A stretch of DNA of 62,943 bases, filler included, from Choristocarpus tenellus KU-1152 (GCA_964200185.2; 10 parts of 10 records of this genome joined end to end with filler, not necessarily neighbours in it), one strand, 5' to 3'. Shown: positions 1 to 13,060, numbered from the whole stretch's first letter. The notes: generated from the letters alone by a model not told the origin. Program-made: numbers and translations.

Positions 1-65
1 GTGTAACAACCGTTTGCACTTCGTTGAAATACAAGAAGAAATACTCGCTCTATTCGCCTGTAACA
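1..65 (-). mobile_element. Terminal fragment of LTR family L (TGTTACAGGCGAATAG end)
   Basis: GAAGAAATACTCGCTCTATTCGCCTGTAACA matches the ends at 15118-15147, 39507-39537 and 41420-41439. Confidence 0.6.
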
Positions 66-1446
66 GTAGTGTTTGCTCCTCGTATCCCCATTCTGAGTGT
101 ATCCTCTGTTTTATACTAGATAATAGAGACTATATGCTAGCCACGTATTATACCTCTCGCCTCATCTTTAGGCTGATTGATATACTGATCCCATACTCTC
201 AGACCTCGTAAAGCTTGATTGGTGTGTTGACCATATACTATAAACCTTAGGCTAATGTTGTCCTGATCAGATATTCATTATGTGCCTCGTTTATATATTA
301 CACTTCATTGTATATTAATGGAGTCGTGTAATACAATGGTGCAATAGTATACTAACAGTCATACATGTTTTCCCATTCCGCTCCCAGAGCTCACTTTTTG
401 GTTGACCTTGAATCATGTTTACGTGGCTTCAAGCCCGATCAGAAAGAAAGGGGGGTGATGTGGAAAGCATGTGCGTCTGTTGTTATATTATTATACCGTT
501 ACACCGTTATTGCCGTATACCATTATACCGTTGGATGTTGTGTTCTGAGAACTTCGGTTTGCCTGTGTGGAGGATATTCGGAGTGATAGATTTCGGTGTC
601 TTCGCGCAACGTCTCTTATGGGACGGTTTTCTGAAGACGGATCTCCTACTATCTCTGGAGGGTTTCTTTTCAGAAACCCATCCGAATCGTGATCCTCCCC
701 ACTTCCTCAGTTCCCTACTATTTCCTGCAATTCCTTTCAGTCTTGCACTTGCGTAAACCATAACCTCGTCTTCTCGGTTACGGTTCGTCTTTGTTCGTCT
801 GGTCCGTCTTGCCCGGTGATTCTCTTCGCCACCCTTACCTGAGTGAACCATGACGCCAGAGAATCACACGATTCACATGTAAGTATATACTTCTCACGAT
901 TGTTCCGTTGGAAGGTGAGCATATTGCGCGAATCAAAACCGCACGCGAAAGATATTATGAGGTACTTTTTGAACAATGGAAATCCTTCTCCCATCACAAT
1001 AATCAAATTTAAGGGCACACAACACAGTACAGATTAGATTTATCCGCGTTGTCCGAATTATAAGAATCAATTCAAACCGAGAGAATAAAAACTAAAACCT
1101 TTAGGAGAGAAGTGGAAAGAATATGATTGTAGATTTTTGAGGGATAATGTTTGACCTGTTCTTTCTGTCTTGTTGAAAAGACACTTTCACATAAATTTTG
1201 TATGTGGTATATATAGGTTGAACGTTCATAATTGAGGGTGTTGGGAGGAATATGTGAGACATTAAACTGTGCCAATCCAACTAAAATACGAACACTTTCT
1301 TTAAGGTAATTTTATGTGGATTATATAATTGTGGATAAACAAATTTGGCTTTGTCGCGTATTGACCCACTAGGTCAAAAAAACTCATCGATTGTTATAGT
1401 GTGTAGATGAGAATCCAAATTGCCATCCACCATCTGCCTGCCAGTC

Positions 1447-4400
1447 ATGACCCTAAACTTTATTAGAACTATGACTCCTTTCCTCTGGTATCTAGGACTG
1501 CAGAGTGGTTTGTTGGGGACAGTCACAATCGTTGTCGCACTCGCAGGTTTTGTATTTGGCGTGGAAGTAGTGAGACCTCGAAACCATCTTGGAGCAGGTA
1601 CATGTTTCTTTAGTGTGGGCGGCAGACACCATTTACTCTTTCCTGCATCCTAGTTTTGGGAGACTGAATATTCTTCCCTCATTTATCCCGTTTCTAAACT
1701 CTCACTGCTAGACAGGTCGGGCTACGGAAGACTCCTCTAATGGAGGCGTACCGGCAGCACTGTTCGCGTCCGCTGTTACATCTCTTGCACAGGCATACAG
1801 GGATGATATTGAAGGATTTCAAGCTCACCTTTTGGACGAGCAAGAGAGTTTAGCTGCAGTGAGGCCCACTGCCCGAAGCCCATTTCTTTGTTGCTCGGAG
1901 TACAAGTATGGGGCAGTTGTAAAAGAAGCCTTGGGCGTGGCTAGCGATGGTCGTTCCCGCACTGCCATGAATCACTGTAAGAGTGGGGAAGAGAGCCTCT
2001 GTTGCCTGTTTGAAGTGACTAGATTGTGTATGAAGCAAAATTCACACATTTTGTATCGTGTTCGCTATTCTCACAGTATGATTACATCCTCCTCTTGTAC
2101 GCCTGTTGCATCAGCCCGTGGGTACTGTAGCGTGGCCCACCTCTCAGCAGATACAGCGTTGTCTGCCTCCGAGAAAGTTCATGTGAGCGTGCGATGTACC
2201 CCAATGACCCATGCTGCCAAGGAGTCGCAGTCTCTGCTGGAGATATGGTCAGATGGTGACGAGACCTTCGGGGTGAAGCTAGGCTGTTCTCTTCAGGTTG
2301 GTGCGAGGCGAGCTGTGATAGTAACAATGTCCCCCGGAAGCCTTTCGTGGAGCGAGCCTGTGCGTAGTGTGCGAGGGGGTGACAGTAGGTTGGGGCTCAG
2401 GGATCTCGAGAGGAGGTGGAGAACAATGTGGTCAAGAGCACGAGGGACAAATGGTCTGGACGAGCTCCGCGAGATTATCCCATGGACACGACGTCATGGA
2501 GATAGAGTTCCCACTCCGGAAGGAGAAAAGTGGAGTGTAAACTACGCCCCAGCCTCCCACCAGGCTAAGTCATCTGCGTACATTTCAGCCCTGAAGCATG
2601 TAGAAGACATACTCCGTAGTGGCGCCGCAAGAGATGGTCATCTGGGAGGAGAGGATCGAAGCTTGGATGAGGAATGTAGCTGGGACAGGGTGAGCTTCGA
2701 GCACCCAAGGGACGATGTCCTGTACCTAAGGTATACTGAACAAGAGGATAAATTATATTGCTATGGGAAATAGTGCCCCGTCACTTCGTTCGTGGTGCTA
2801 TTCCTGAGGTTGCCTTTATTGAGCGAGTTACAAGAGATCAACGTAATGCATACCCACCCTACACTTTACAGCCTCTTCCTCCAACTGAGAATGGAAATAT
2901 CTATTCTCACTGCGGAGCGAAAGTATCTTAGAGGGTACGAGTTTTGCCCTGTTTGTTCATTTGGGGCTTGGATTCCCCGAGTTTTTATGACATTTTACCT
3001 ACTCCGAAACGTTTTGGAGAAGGTAAAATGTATACGCTATGAAAAGGTGTGTCCGAACAAGGATATTGACACTTCCTAACAAACATGATAGCCAAAATTA
3101 CATCAAAATCGCAACATTGGATTTTGGCCCCCAAATGGATGCGGCTCTACCCTCTAAGATACTTTGACTCTGCGGTTCACCCCTCTGAAGTCTCTAGAAT
3201 TCACTCTGCTGGTCTGTGTTGAGATTAATGAAATACACAACTCGTCCACAAACATGAATAAAGCAACTGATCTGTCCTCCACCTTGTTCACCTTTCCTCC
3301 CTGAATGTTTGTTTTGCTGATAAAGAGGGCTCCACAATGAGGATCACGACCAAACCACGGCAAAGGCCTGCTTCATGGTGCTCATAGGGTTTCTATCAGG
3401 ACAGGTGGGCATTCAGTACTCCACTCTTCACCTGACCCTCGCCTGTATATCTTCCCATCCTCTGAGATTTGATTCTGCCTGGATGCCTGGGTGACTTTTT
3501 CACAAGCTCATCTTCTAGCTAGGAAACCTCTCCTTTCCTTTCAAGGTTGTTCAAGCACATTGTAGTGTGCTTGAACAGCACCTTACACATGAATACATAT
3601 TCTTGAGCATTTTGAGGTCCACAATTCCGTGTTAATTTAAAGCTCTAAGCCACTGTCTGCAGAGAGCAGCGATTGTGCAAGAGACTAATTAATAGTCCTT
3701 TTCTCCAGTGTAGTATATTCTCTACTATATCGTACTATTGCTTGCATTTGAATTACAACTGATCTTCCGAGGAGCCAAAGTATCTTAGAGGGTAGGTCCT
3801 CATCCATTTGGGGTCAAAATCCAATGTTGTGATTTTGATGTNNNNNNNNNNCTATCGTGTTTGTTGGGAAGTGTCAATATCCTTGTTCCGGACACACCTT
3901 TCCATGAAATTAAACATTTTGCCTACTTCGAAACATTTTGGAATAGGAAAATGTCATAAAAATACGCCAAGGGAAGTCAAGCCCCAAATGGACAAAGAGA
4001 GAATAACTCGTACCCTCTAAGATACTTTCAGTCCAAGGTGAAATACGTACTTGTACAACACTGTGCTACCATACATGCATCAATTCCTTTCTGAGTACTG
4101 TTGATGTATTTCTCCTGCCCTAATATTGATACTATTGCACTACTACTGTTCATTAGTATTAGTGTGCTTCCTCTATCCAGCATCTGTTTGAACAGTTTGC
4201 AGGTTTTTTAATCCGCATTGGGAAGGCAATTCCTGCAGCTTTGCAGTGAGCAACATTGAATGTTAGAGTAAGTTGGATTCGCTGAGATTCTAGGGAAACA
4301 CCATAATAGGCTTTTGAAAGACCCTCACATGAAATAATTGAAATTTGATACCATCTTCTGCATCTACAGCCTGCCCTGCAATTTGTTCAAACTGATGATG

Positions 4401-6163
4401 GACGGGGGAGGTGTAGAGTACTTTTTTTAGCAGTCCTTCCCGGATTCAGTCAATCTCCTTTCTAAATGTCAATGTCATCATTTTGGAGTAGGTAGTAGTT
4501 GAGATGGTGTTGGCTCTTCCTTACTGAAGACCTGATCTGAAGGGCAACTGATTCTTAAATGAAAACGTCTTAAAATGTAAGAGGATGCCTTTCAGAGGAG
4601 GACCCAATGCCTCTAGATGTGTCGGAGGAATATGCAAGTGCAGCAGTAATTGGTCACACAATTTGACGACAATACTGCATAGATGTTTCTGTGGGTTTGA
4701 CATGTGGAAGGAAAGAGGAGGTGCATGACGATAATTATATTTGTCCACAGCTTTGGGTCCAACAACATCTTTTCCGTATTCATTAATCCAAGGCATACTT
4801 TAGTGTGAAAAACACTATTACGGGGTAACAAATGAACAAGAACAGTGCCACAAATGATTATTTGACATCATTGGTAGATGCAAAATTCTAGAAAGAGGTG
4901 AAAAAGGAGAAGATTAGAAGGGCTGCATTGATGTAAGCTACTTCAGCCACTCCTTGAATCATGCCAGTATTATGGGGTACAGGTTATGATATCCATCGGA
5001 GAAGGAATGTCCAGACCAGAAGAACAATCACGCAACCGTGACAATGAATCGATAGGATTGATTCACCCTCTAGCCTCTCCCGTCGCCCTCGATGTCAACA
5101 TTCCCCTGCCCCATTGTACTCAGCCCGAGGTTCTCCACATTCAGCCCGAGGCGAGGGTCATGCCACAAAATAAGGTGGCAACAGCGTACACAGAGGGAGG
5201 GGACATCATGGATACACCAATGCGTATTGCAGGGCTGGATGGCTCAGGGGAGGTGGTAGGGGTGGTAGACAGTGGCCTTGATGACAAGTCCTGCTTTTTC
5301 AGCGACCCAGCCAATGGCCCTATCGTTAGGTATGGGATACTTTTTCACCTGTGGACTTACTAGCAGTTGCCAAGGATCTTGGCTGGTCGTGAAATTTTGA
5401 TTTTGTAGAATTGTGAAAGGGTGCCTCAGGATGCCTGAAGTTGTTCTATTCCTCTGTTTTTGTTTGGGTTGTATTGTGGATATGTGTGGAAAGGTGTGGA
5501 GGGAAGTGGGAGAGTCTTGCTTTGATATTTTCTGGTGGTGTGAGTGTGATGCAGGTCATATTTTCACGGGTGCACAACAATTATGCCATCAGGGTACAAC
5601 CATATGATAGATTCCAAAACTGTGGCAGTGCTGAATTTGTTGCAGGGCCTTGTCATCATCTCACAAGAGCAGGATGATGGTTAAAGAAAACTATTACGAT
5701 CAGTCTCCAAATTCACCTATGAAGCACCATACTTATGTAGCACCAACACCACACAATCTCACCCCCTGTTCCCCCTTCTTCACCGTATACACTGCCTCCA
5801 CAATGACTTCCCCCCACAACAGTCACCCACCCTGTCCCCCCAAACCCACATTTCTCCCCCCTGTATACTTGCAGGTCAACTCTTGCATCGCCCTTTACAG
5901 ATGAGGCGCAGCGGAAGGTTATCCAGTATGTGGTGGTGGGGGAAGGACATTGGGACGAGAGTGGCCACGGGACGCATGTGTCAGGCACTGTGGCTGGTTC
6001 ACCGTACCTGGGTTGGGAAGAGGATTGGTCGGCGAAGCAGTCGGTGTGTGTTGCACCTGGAATTGCAAGTTGCTTTGGTGACTGTGTCACAGAGCTCCTT
6101 GGGAAGGACTGCTACTGGAACCCTGAAAAGGCCTGTCCAGCGTACGGGTGCGATGCATCTCAG
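1447..6163 (+). CDS. Secreted subtilisin-like serine protease (S8, KP-43/TagC-like), 3'-truncated by contig end; exons 1447-1597, 1716-1976, 2115-2730, 3326-3404, 5124-5329, 5875-6163
   Basis: Hydrophobic N-terminus (GLLGTVTIVVALAGFVFG); catalytic Asp motif GLDGSGEVVGVVDSGLD; His motif HGTHVSGTVAG; all six exons join in frame via GT-AG introns; the Ser motif lies beyond the gap. Confidence 0.9.
2915..3170. mobile_element. MITE family A (Sola2-like), TSD TGCG
   Basis: TIRs GAGCGAAAGTATCTTAGAGGGTA / TACCCTCTAAGATACTTTGACTC flanked by TGCG on both sides. Confidence 0.9.
3772..4033. mobile_element. MITE family A, TSD CGAG/CAAG (contains a 10-N gap)
   Basis: Same TIRs and internal sequence as the other copies. 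Confidence 0.88.
4170..4800 (-). pseudogene. Decayed ~200-codon frame resembling a Polinton-like-virus/virophage double-jelly-roll major capsid protein, antisense in a subtilisin intron
   Basis: One frame continues through 4 stops: ...LHIPPTHLEALGPPLKGILLHF...TYSKMMTLTFRKEID*IREGLLKKVLYTSPVHHQFEQIAG...KPIMVFP*...LKNLQ; family call is pattern recognition only. Confidence 0.35.
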
Positions 6164-6438
6164 GTGGGCAACCTGTAAGGGTTACAAGGGATTTTATGAC
6201 TTCCGGTGATGTCCAATAGAATTTAGGTCAATCCAGCGGCTTTAAGGTGGAGGGAAGCGTTGACACACCTTATCGCTCTTGATGTTGCTGTAGTGTGTGG
6301 TATTCCTTCCTCGGTGGATTGCTTCACACTGCCAAGAGCGGGTGAATGTATTGATTCTGTTCTAGGATGGAGAATGATGTTGAGGAGGTAGGGGGGGGGG
6401 GGGGAGGGGGGGTTTTGCCTTTCTTGGTGGGGGGTTCA

Positions 6439-6538
6439 NNNNNNNNNNNNNNNNNNNNNNNNNNNNNNNNNNNNNNNNNNNNTTAATTAATTAANNNNNN
6501 NNNNNNNNNNNNNNNNNNNNNNNNNNNNNNNNNNNNNN
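6439..6538. other. Artificial contig linker (44N-TTAATTAATTAA-44N); identical linkers at 18238-18337, 21869-21968, 25868-25967, 30005-30104, 37108-37207, 51648-51747, 55136-55235, 59632-59731
   Basis: Nine identical 100-nt spacers with stops in all six frames. Confidence 0.98.
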
Positions 6539-6607
6539 CCAAAAATCGCGACATAAAGAAATTGACCCAAATGGACAGCCGCCACACACCCCCAGATACT
6601 TTGAGCC
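6539..6607. mobile_element. MITE family B fragment at contig start
   Basis: Ends CCCCAGATACTTTGAGCC and contains CCCAAATGGAC. Confidence 0.8.
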
Positions 6608-6919
6608 TTATAATCACCCGCCTGCTATGACATTGGATCCACCGCTTCACATGTGGCAGTGCGCACGGCACATGCCACTTATATCAAGAACAACAAATCA
6701 TTTTGATTCCTGCTTATCCGAGCAACAAAGGGGTCATCATCGGCACTTGTAGCCACATTGGAAAACGAAAGTCAGTCGGACCGCAGAGTGGCTTGGTTCT
6801 AATGGTAACGGACAAGGACGGCGCGCCAACAAGAGTGGTTCTGAGGCATGTTCTATGGGAGCCTGGTCTACAATGTTGCATACAGAACACTGGAACCATA
6901 CAACGTAATGGAGGAGTAA

Positions 6920-7177
6920 GAGTCAAATTAACTTAGAGGGTAGAGCCGCGTCCATTTGGAACCAAAATCCAATGTTGCAATTTTGATGTAACTTTGGCCA
7001 TCGTGTTTGTTAGGAGATGTCAATATCCTTGGTCCGAACGCACCTTTTCATAACGTATACATTTTACCTGCTCCAATACATTTTGGAGTAGGTAAAATAA
7101 CATTAAAAACCCATGGGAAACCAAGTCCCAAATGGAGAAACAGAGAAAACCTAGTGCCCTATAAGATACTTTCACTC
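6920..7177. mobile_element. MITE family A nested in Copia (TSD not clean)
   Basis: GAGTCAAA...GATACTTTCACTC; interrupts ...NGGVR|IYGFVN... Confidence 0.85.
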
Positions 7178-7520
7178 AGAATTTATGGATTCGTGAACAA
7201 AAGAAAGTGATCTGTGGAGACCTCCAAGAATTCGCCCAAGATAACCCTTTGAAATGTCTGGGGGGTTCTTAAATCTAACAAGAATATGAATGAAAGAGGA
7301 ACAAGAATCCAGAGCCAGCGCAGCACGAGTCAATAACAAGAAGAAGCTGACATTTAAGGACCAGCACAACATATTGGGGCACATTAACCCATCAGCTATC
7401 AAGCACCTCGAGAAGCATGGGCTGTCGGAGACCAACAATGCTACTGTGGCGTCGGAACTGAGATGCAAAGTATACAAGGAGTGTAATTCAGAGGCTCTAA
7501 GCTATCAACGGGTTGGTAGG

Positions 7521-7945
7521 TGTCGTAGATAGTGCTGCTGATACACTATAATCACCACCGGTGGAGCAGATTAGGAAATGCAGCCATCACTGTTGGAGTA
7601 GTGGAGGAAAGGTAGAGCCAGATATATGTTTCTCTATATTTCATTTGAGCTCTACACAACGTTCATGTATGGTAATTCTTGTATGGTAGGGACCTGATAC
7701 TGGATCATCCGTTGATATATCATATATGGCACATATGGTAAGTAGATATTATCCTTTCTGATTATCCATGTGGACGTTGCAAATCCCACATGATGGTCTG
7801 CACATGTCTCATCCCCACCAATTCAGTCAACGGAATCGAGACCACAAACCCCTCTTGTAACACTAATATTGCATATCTACATTAAGATCTTCATTGTCTT
7901 TCATCAAAGCATAAAGCCGCGGGTCCAGTGTGGAATATTTCAACA
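7521..7945. mobile_element. Solo LTR inserted in the Copia integrase, 5-bp TSD GTAGG/ATAGG
   Basis: TGTCG...CAACA termini; removing it restores ALSYQRVGR|TLKKPSEVIHTD in frame. Confidence 0.8.
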
Positions 7946-8608
7946 ATAGGACCCTCAAGAAGCCCAGCGAGGTGATACATACGGATTTGGCGAGACCATT
8001 CCAACCAGACATCACTGGTTACAAATACTTCCACGTGTTCGTCGATGAGAGCAGCCAAGACAAGCGGGTATACGGATTGAATACTAAAAACGCGGCGACG
8101 GACGCAATCGCTGCCTATCTCAACCAGATGGTCAAGCAAGGCATAACAGTTCAATGCAGCAGTGGGAATGGTACTGGCAAGCTTGGGAGGTCGGAAAAAT
8201 TCAAAATGATGCTGGCGAACAATGGCACCAGATGGAGGAAGCCTCCACCTAGAAAACCACAGAGCAAAGGGATCCCGGAAAGGGCGATAAAACAACTCAC
8301 ATGGGGGCAGCAAGGAGTCAGCTAGTGAAGACTGGCCTGGGTGATGAGCACTGGTTCTATGCCATCATCACGGATGTCACCTTCAAAACTGGAGGGATGT
8401 CACATGAATACCTGGGAGGAGAAACACCATGTGAGCTTCTGACAGGCAAAACCTTCAACTATGATAGACCTAGGGTTTGGGGGAGCAAGTGCTACATCCA
8501 CCAAGAGAAAAAGCAGAGGAGAGCTGGTTCAAAGTTTAAAACGTACGCTAAGCAAGGGATCATCATGGGACACAATCGTACATCACTGTGTTAGTACATC
8601 TGGCTTAC

Positions 8609-8865
8609 GAGTTAAGTATCTTAGAGGGTACGAGTTTTTCCCTGTTTGTCTGTTTCCAGATTGGCTTCCCATGTTTTTTTTATGACATTTACTTACTCCG
8701 AAATGTTTCCGAGTACGTAAAATGTATACATAATGAAAAGGAGTGTCGAGAACAAGGATATTAACACTTCCTAACAAACACGATAGCCCAAATTACATCA
8801 AAATCACAACATTGCATTTTGGCCCTCAAACGGACGCGGCTCTACCCTCCAATATACTTTGACTC
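8609..8865. mobile_element. MITE family A, TSD TTAC
   Basis: TIRs plus a perfect 4-bp duplication. Confidence 0.9.
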
Positions 8866-10674
8866 TTACTCGATAGGCTAAGTTGGCGACCTCAGCTCAA
8901 GTGATGTTCGAGTCAGATGAACACATCATGGACTTTGTGTGGGAGTGAGAGACCATGACTTTGAGTGAAGAAGATGATATCTCTGATAATGATGAAGACT
9001 CCAATGGGGATTTCGATATTCCAGTCGATCCCATACCGCAAGCAACAGCCGTGAGCAAGAACTCAGCAAGTTCACCTACTGACCAACGGAGGTCAGCCAC
9101 GATAGCTAAACAACAAAGGGTGGACTACAGGGGTTTACACATTGGAGATACCAAGGAACTAAACGAGGGTATGGTAGGTGACATCTCGATAGGTCACCAG
9201 GAACCATCAACTATCGCAGAAGCCCTTGCAGGGCCTGATGCAGAGCACTGGCAGGAGGCAATGGCACAGGAAATGGAGGGGTCAAAGGGACCTTCCATGA
9301 CGGAGAGAGTCTGCCACACCAGGGAATAGACCTGTTAAAACCATATTCATCTTCAAAATCAAAAGGACGGCCGATGGAGAAATCGAACGATTCAAGGACA
9401 GGCTGGTGGCACGAGATTTTTCCCAGCAAGAATGGGTAGACTAATTCAGAACATTCAGTCCAGTAGTGGGATTTGACGTAATTCAGGCAGTCCTCGCTAT
9501 AGCGGCTGACAGAAACTGGGCCGTCAACTCCCTAGACTTCACTCAAGTCTACTTCAACGCACCACTTCCTGAGAATGTATGGCCACAATTGCCCAGCGGG
9601 TCCATTGTGAAAGCTGCCAGGGTCATCATGTATGGCCTTAAGCAATTGGCAATGGAGTGGTACAGTGAGCTCAAACGGACAATACTAGATGAGGGGTGGA
9701 GTGTGAGCGACTTCGATGCATGCCTGTAGGTGAAGAGGAGCGAGGACGGTCGGATTGCTATCCTCTTCCACTATGTGGATGGCATCTCGTTGACCGGAGA
9801 TTTCAATGGAGAAATAAAGCGGATGAGGACCAGTCTGCTGACCAAGTAGAAGGGACGAGACCTCGGGACCCCACACAAGTTTGTTGGGGTGGCAATTAAC
9901 CGGGACGAAGCTGGAATCACACTGGACCAGCGTTTCTATGCAGAGAGCATTGTTCGCAAGGGAATATGGGATCAACAGAGATATGGAATACCTCGTCACC
10001 CTTAAACCCAGGAATAGACCTGACCCCGAGGAGAACTGATGAGGAGGAGCTGGACCAGAGGTACCAGCCTTACCACACCATTTTGGGGAAACGCATGTTC
10101 CTTGCTGGCATGACGTGACCAAACCTGTCGAACAGTGTGCGGGAGCTGGGAGGATACGCAGCATCTCCGTGTTGCATAGACACTGGAAATGATACCTTGC
10201 AGGCACCGTAGAAGTGAGGATACACTACCCTGCTGGTGGAAAATTGGACAATGGGGACTTGATCGGATACGGAGACTCAGACTGGGGCAGTGTTACTGCT
10301 TCAAGGCAGAGTGTGATGGGGTATCTAATACTCATGAAATGGAGCACCCATTGCATGGAAAAAAAAAATGCAAGGAGCTGTAACCACAACCTCTTTAAGA
10401 GTAGAATGGACTGTAATGGTACATGGAATGAGATATGCAATATTTCTCAGAGGAATCCAGGGAGAGCTGGGCATACCTCTCAAGGGGTTACGACTTGGTA
10501 TGGGGACAACCGAGGCGCAATCCAAGCAGGGGCAACTGACGGGTTCAATGGAAGGACGAGTCATGTGGACATAACGCTGAAGTGCACAAGGGAGTATGTA
10601 AGTCAAGGTAATTTTACATTGACGTATTTCCTACTGCACTACAACTTGCTGACATCTTTACAAAGAGATTATGA

Positions 10675-10928
10675 GAGTCAAAGTATCTTAGAGGGTAGAG
10701 CCGCGTCCATTTGAGGGCCAAAATCCAATGTTGCGATTTCGATGTATTTTGGCTATTGTGTTAGGAAGTGTCAATATCCTTGTTCCAGACACACCTCTTC
10801 ATAACATATACACTTTACCTACTCCGATCCATTTTGGAGTAGGAAAATGTCATTAAAAAAAACATGGGAAGCCAAGCCCAAAACAGACAAACAGGGCAAG
10901 AGTTGTACCCTCTAAAATACTTTCACTC
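10675..10928. mobile_element. MITE family A, TSD TGA
   Basis: TIRs; interrupts the end of the Copia RNase H. Confidence 0.9.
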
Positions 10929-10981
10929 TGAAAGAAGCAGGTAAAAGCCTTCGTAGACACTGTGTTGATAAGATGAATGTA

Positions 10982-11240
10982 GAGTCAAAGCATCTGAGAG
11001 GGTAGAGCCGCGTACATTTGGGGGCCAAAATTCAATGTTGCAATTTTGATGTAATTTTGGCTATCATGTTTGTTAGGAGATGTCAATATCCTTGTCTCAG
11101 ATACACCTTTTCGTAACGTACACATTTTACCTACTCCGAAATATTTTGGAGTAGGTAAAATGTCATTAAAGACCAGTGGGAAGCCAAGCCCAAACGGAAA
11201 AAAAGGGAAAAAATCGTACCCCCTTAAGATACTTTCACTC
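10982..11240. mobile_element. MITE family A, TSD TGTA
   Basis: TIRs plus a perfect 4-bp duplication. Confidence 0.9.
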
Positions 11241-12035
11241 TGTAGTGTGTGAGAGTTGAAGCATTCTGTGTTATTTTACTTCCACTCTCTTGGGGTAGTA
11301 TGCAAAATAGGACAATCGTTTGGTGTACCCTGTTTTGTGTACGGAGATTTTGGCATTGGATTGAGTCCATGTGATGTAACTAATGAGATAATACATCTGA
11401 ATTATATATGGGATTTGGTATTGCAAATAAAATACTCTGAAATAGCTGTTGACTTACATGTAAACACAAAGTATAATAAAGAAACAAGCAATAAGAAGAC
11501 ACCCCACAAGGTCACTCTTCCAACTTCATCCACCTATTCTTTTCACGTTCAGCAAAGGGGGTCGTGTGAGGCTCCACACCTTCTTGTCTGCACTATTGAT
11601 TAAATAGCAATACCTTCCAAGGTTAATTTGCACAATTCTCTTGGTGGACATAGCACTCGCTCCCCCAGGTCCGAAGCCTATCACAGTTAAACGTTTTACG
11701 AACCAAACGCTCACGCAGTGTTTCGTTCTTCCATTGAATAGGAGTAGATATCCTGGGACACTCCATCTCAATACAGGATCGTTTGCCCAGCACAGGCCCC
11801 TATTCTCTACGAGCTCTTGGTTGTCTCTCTCTCCTTCAGTGGATAATGCATCCCTACATTGGTGGAGCCTGCAACATAACAAAGTATATATGTTGCAGTT
11901 CCTTCCAGTGCCGCCTGCGTGGTGATGAAGGAGTGCAATCTAGTCCTCTAACAGAGCTACTGCTGTTAACAGCACTGCCCTAATTTATAATTCACTGGAC
12001 AGAACGGGTTAAAGTATTCCACACTCTTTCATTAA

Positions 12036-12870
12036 GCGAAGCCCTGTATCGCCAACCTGGCCTTGAACCACTCAATGATCCCCTTGGCTGTTGGCTTTAT
12101 CTTAAATTCGGACTTAGTCTTGACAGGTTATCTTCTCTGTGGCAAAACCTCTCCCTCTATAATGTTCCCTTCATCCATTGTAACTCCATCTTCTCCATCA
12201 CTGCTTGCCATTCTCACGCGTCAAGCCCCATGAGTGCCTCTGATATAGAATATGGTTCTGGATGGTCTGGAGTAGATAGTATTTACTCCCCAGACTTACC
12301 AGTCTTGTTCAGGCAGTCCTTTGCCGACAACCTGCTCCGTCAGGGTACCTCTGACATAGAATATGGTTCTTGATGGTCTGGAGTAGATAGTACTTACTCC
12401 CTAGACTTACAAGTCTTATTCAGGCAGCTCTTTGCCGACAACCTTCTTCGCCAGAGTGCCTCTCTGCGAGAGACATCAAGGTCTTCCATCATGGCAACCG
12501 CTTTGAAAGAGCAACGCCTTAACTCTACCAGGGTTGGTTGGTTGGCTTCTTCTCCCTCAGGAGTTGGGAGGCTAATCTCTAGCCCTCATACGGGCGAGTG
12601 GGGGCTTGAGGAAGTGTGCCATCACAGTAAGCACCTCAGATGTAGCTACTTCTTTCCCCTCTGGTGGAGGCTTAGCTACTGCTCATGCTGACATCCTGCT
12701 CCTCTTGTAGCAGGCACAACAATTGCTTTTTTCGCTCTGTAAGGAAGAATCTTGGCATCTCCAATCGATGGACATGGCCCCTTAGGGACAAGTGTGGTGA
12801 TAGTTGCAGGCTTGGTGATAGTTGCAGCTCCAGCTGCATTGCCTCGATTGTCTCCGTCATCTTTTCATGG
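12036..12870 (-). mobile_element. Second decayed Copia fragment (integrase-RT linker and RT start) with a 111-bp tandem duplication
   Basis: Minus strand reads EPYSISEAL and FKIKPTAKGIIEWFKARLAIQGF; duplicated unit starts at 12234 and 12345. Confidence 0.7.
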
Positions 12871-12928
12871 GGTCCCAGTGCTCAATATTTGGCATGAGCA
12901 TATACCAGTTACACGAAGTATCTCCCTT

Positions 12929-13060
12929 GGCTCAAGGTTATCTAGGAGGGGGTGGCGGCTGTCCATTTGAGACCTATTTTTTCATATCACCATTTTGGGT
13001 GATTTGGTTGCATACGTCAGATCGATAATGTAAGTGCACTCTTCCTGGTTATGGGCCAAC
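12929..13060. mobile_element. MITE family B, truncated
   Basis: GGCTCAAGGTTATCTAGGAGGGGG..GCGGCTGTCCATTTG.. start. Confidence 0.75.

Larger units (their letters stand above)
6620..11953 (+). mobile_element. Degenerate Ty1/Copia retrotransposon (protease-integrase-RT-RNase H, PPT, putative 3' LTR 11565-11953)
   Basis: VLRHVLWEPGL; zinc finger HNILGHIN...C; integrase IHTDL..PF..GYKYF..FVDE..PQSKGIPER; RT FKIKR..FKDRLVA, LDFTQVYFNAPL, MYGLKQ, HYVDGI; RNase H GYGDSDW, GDNRGAI, HVDI; AAAGGGGG PPT then TGTGAG...CTAACA; many stops and frameshifts. Confidence 0.92.

Noticed and set aside
507-851. Basic 114-aa ORF, or a first exon MVHSG with GTAAGG donor, divergent from the subtilisin
   Set aside because: No recognisable domain and no second exon could be supported
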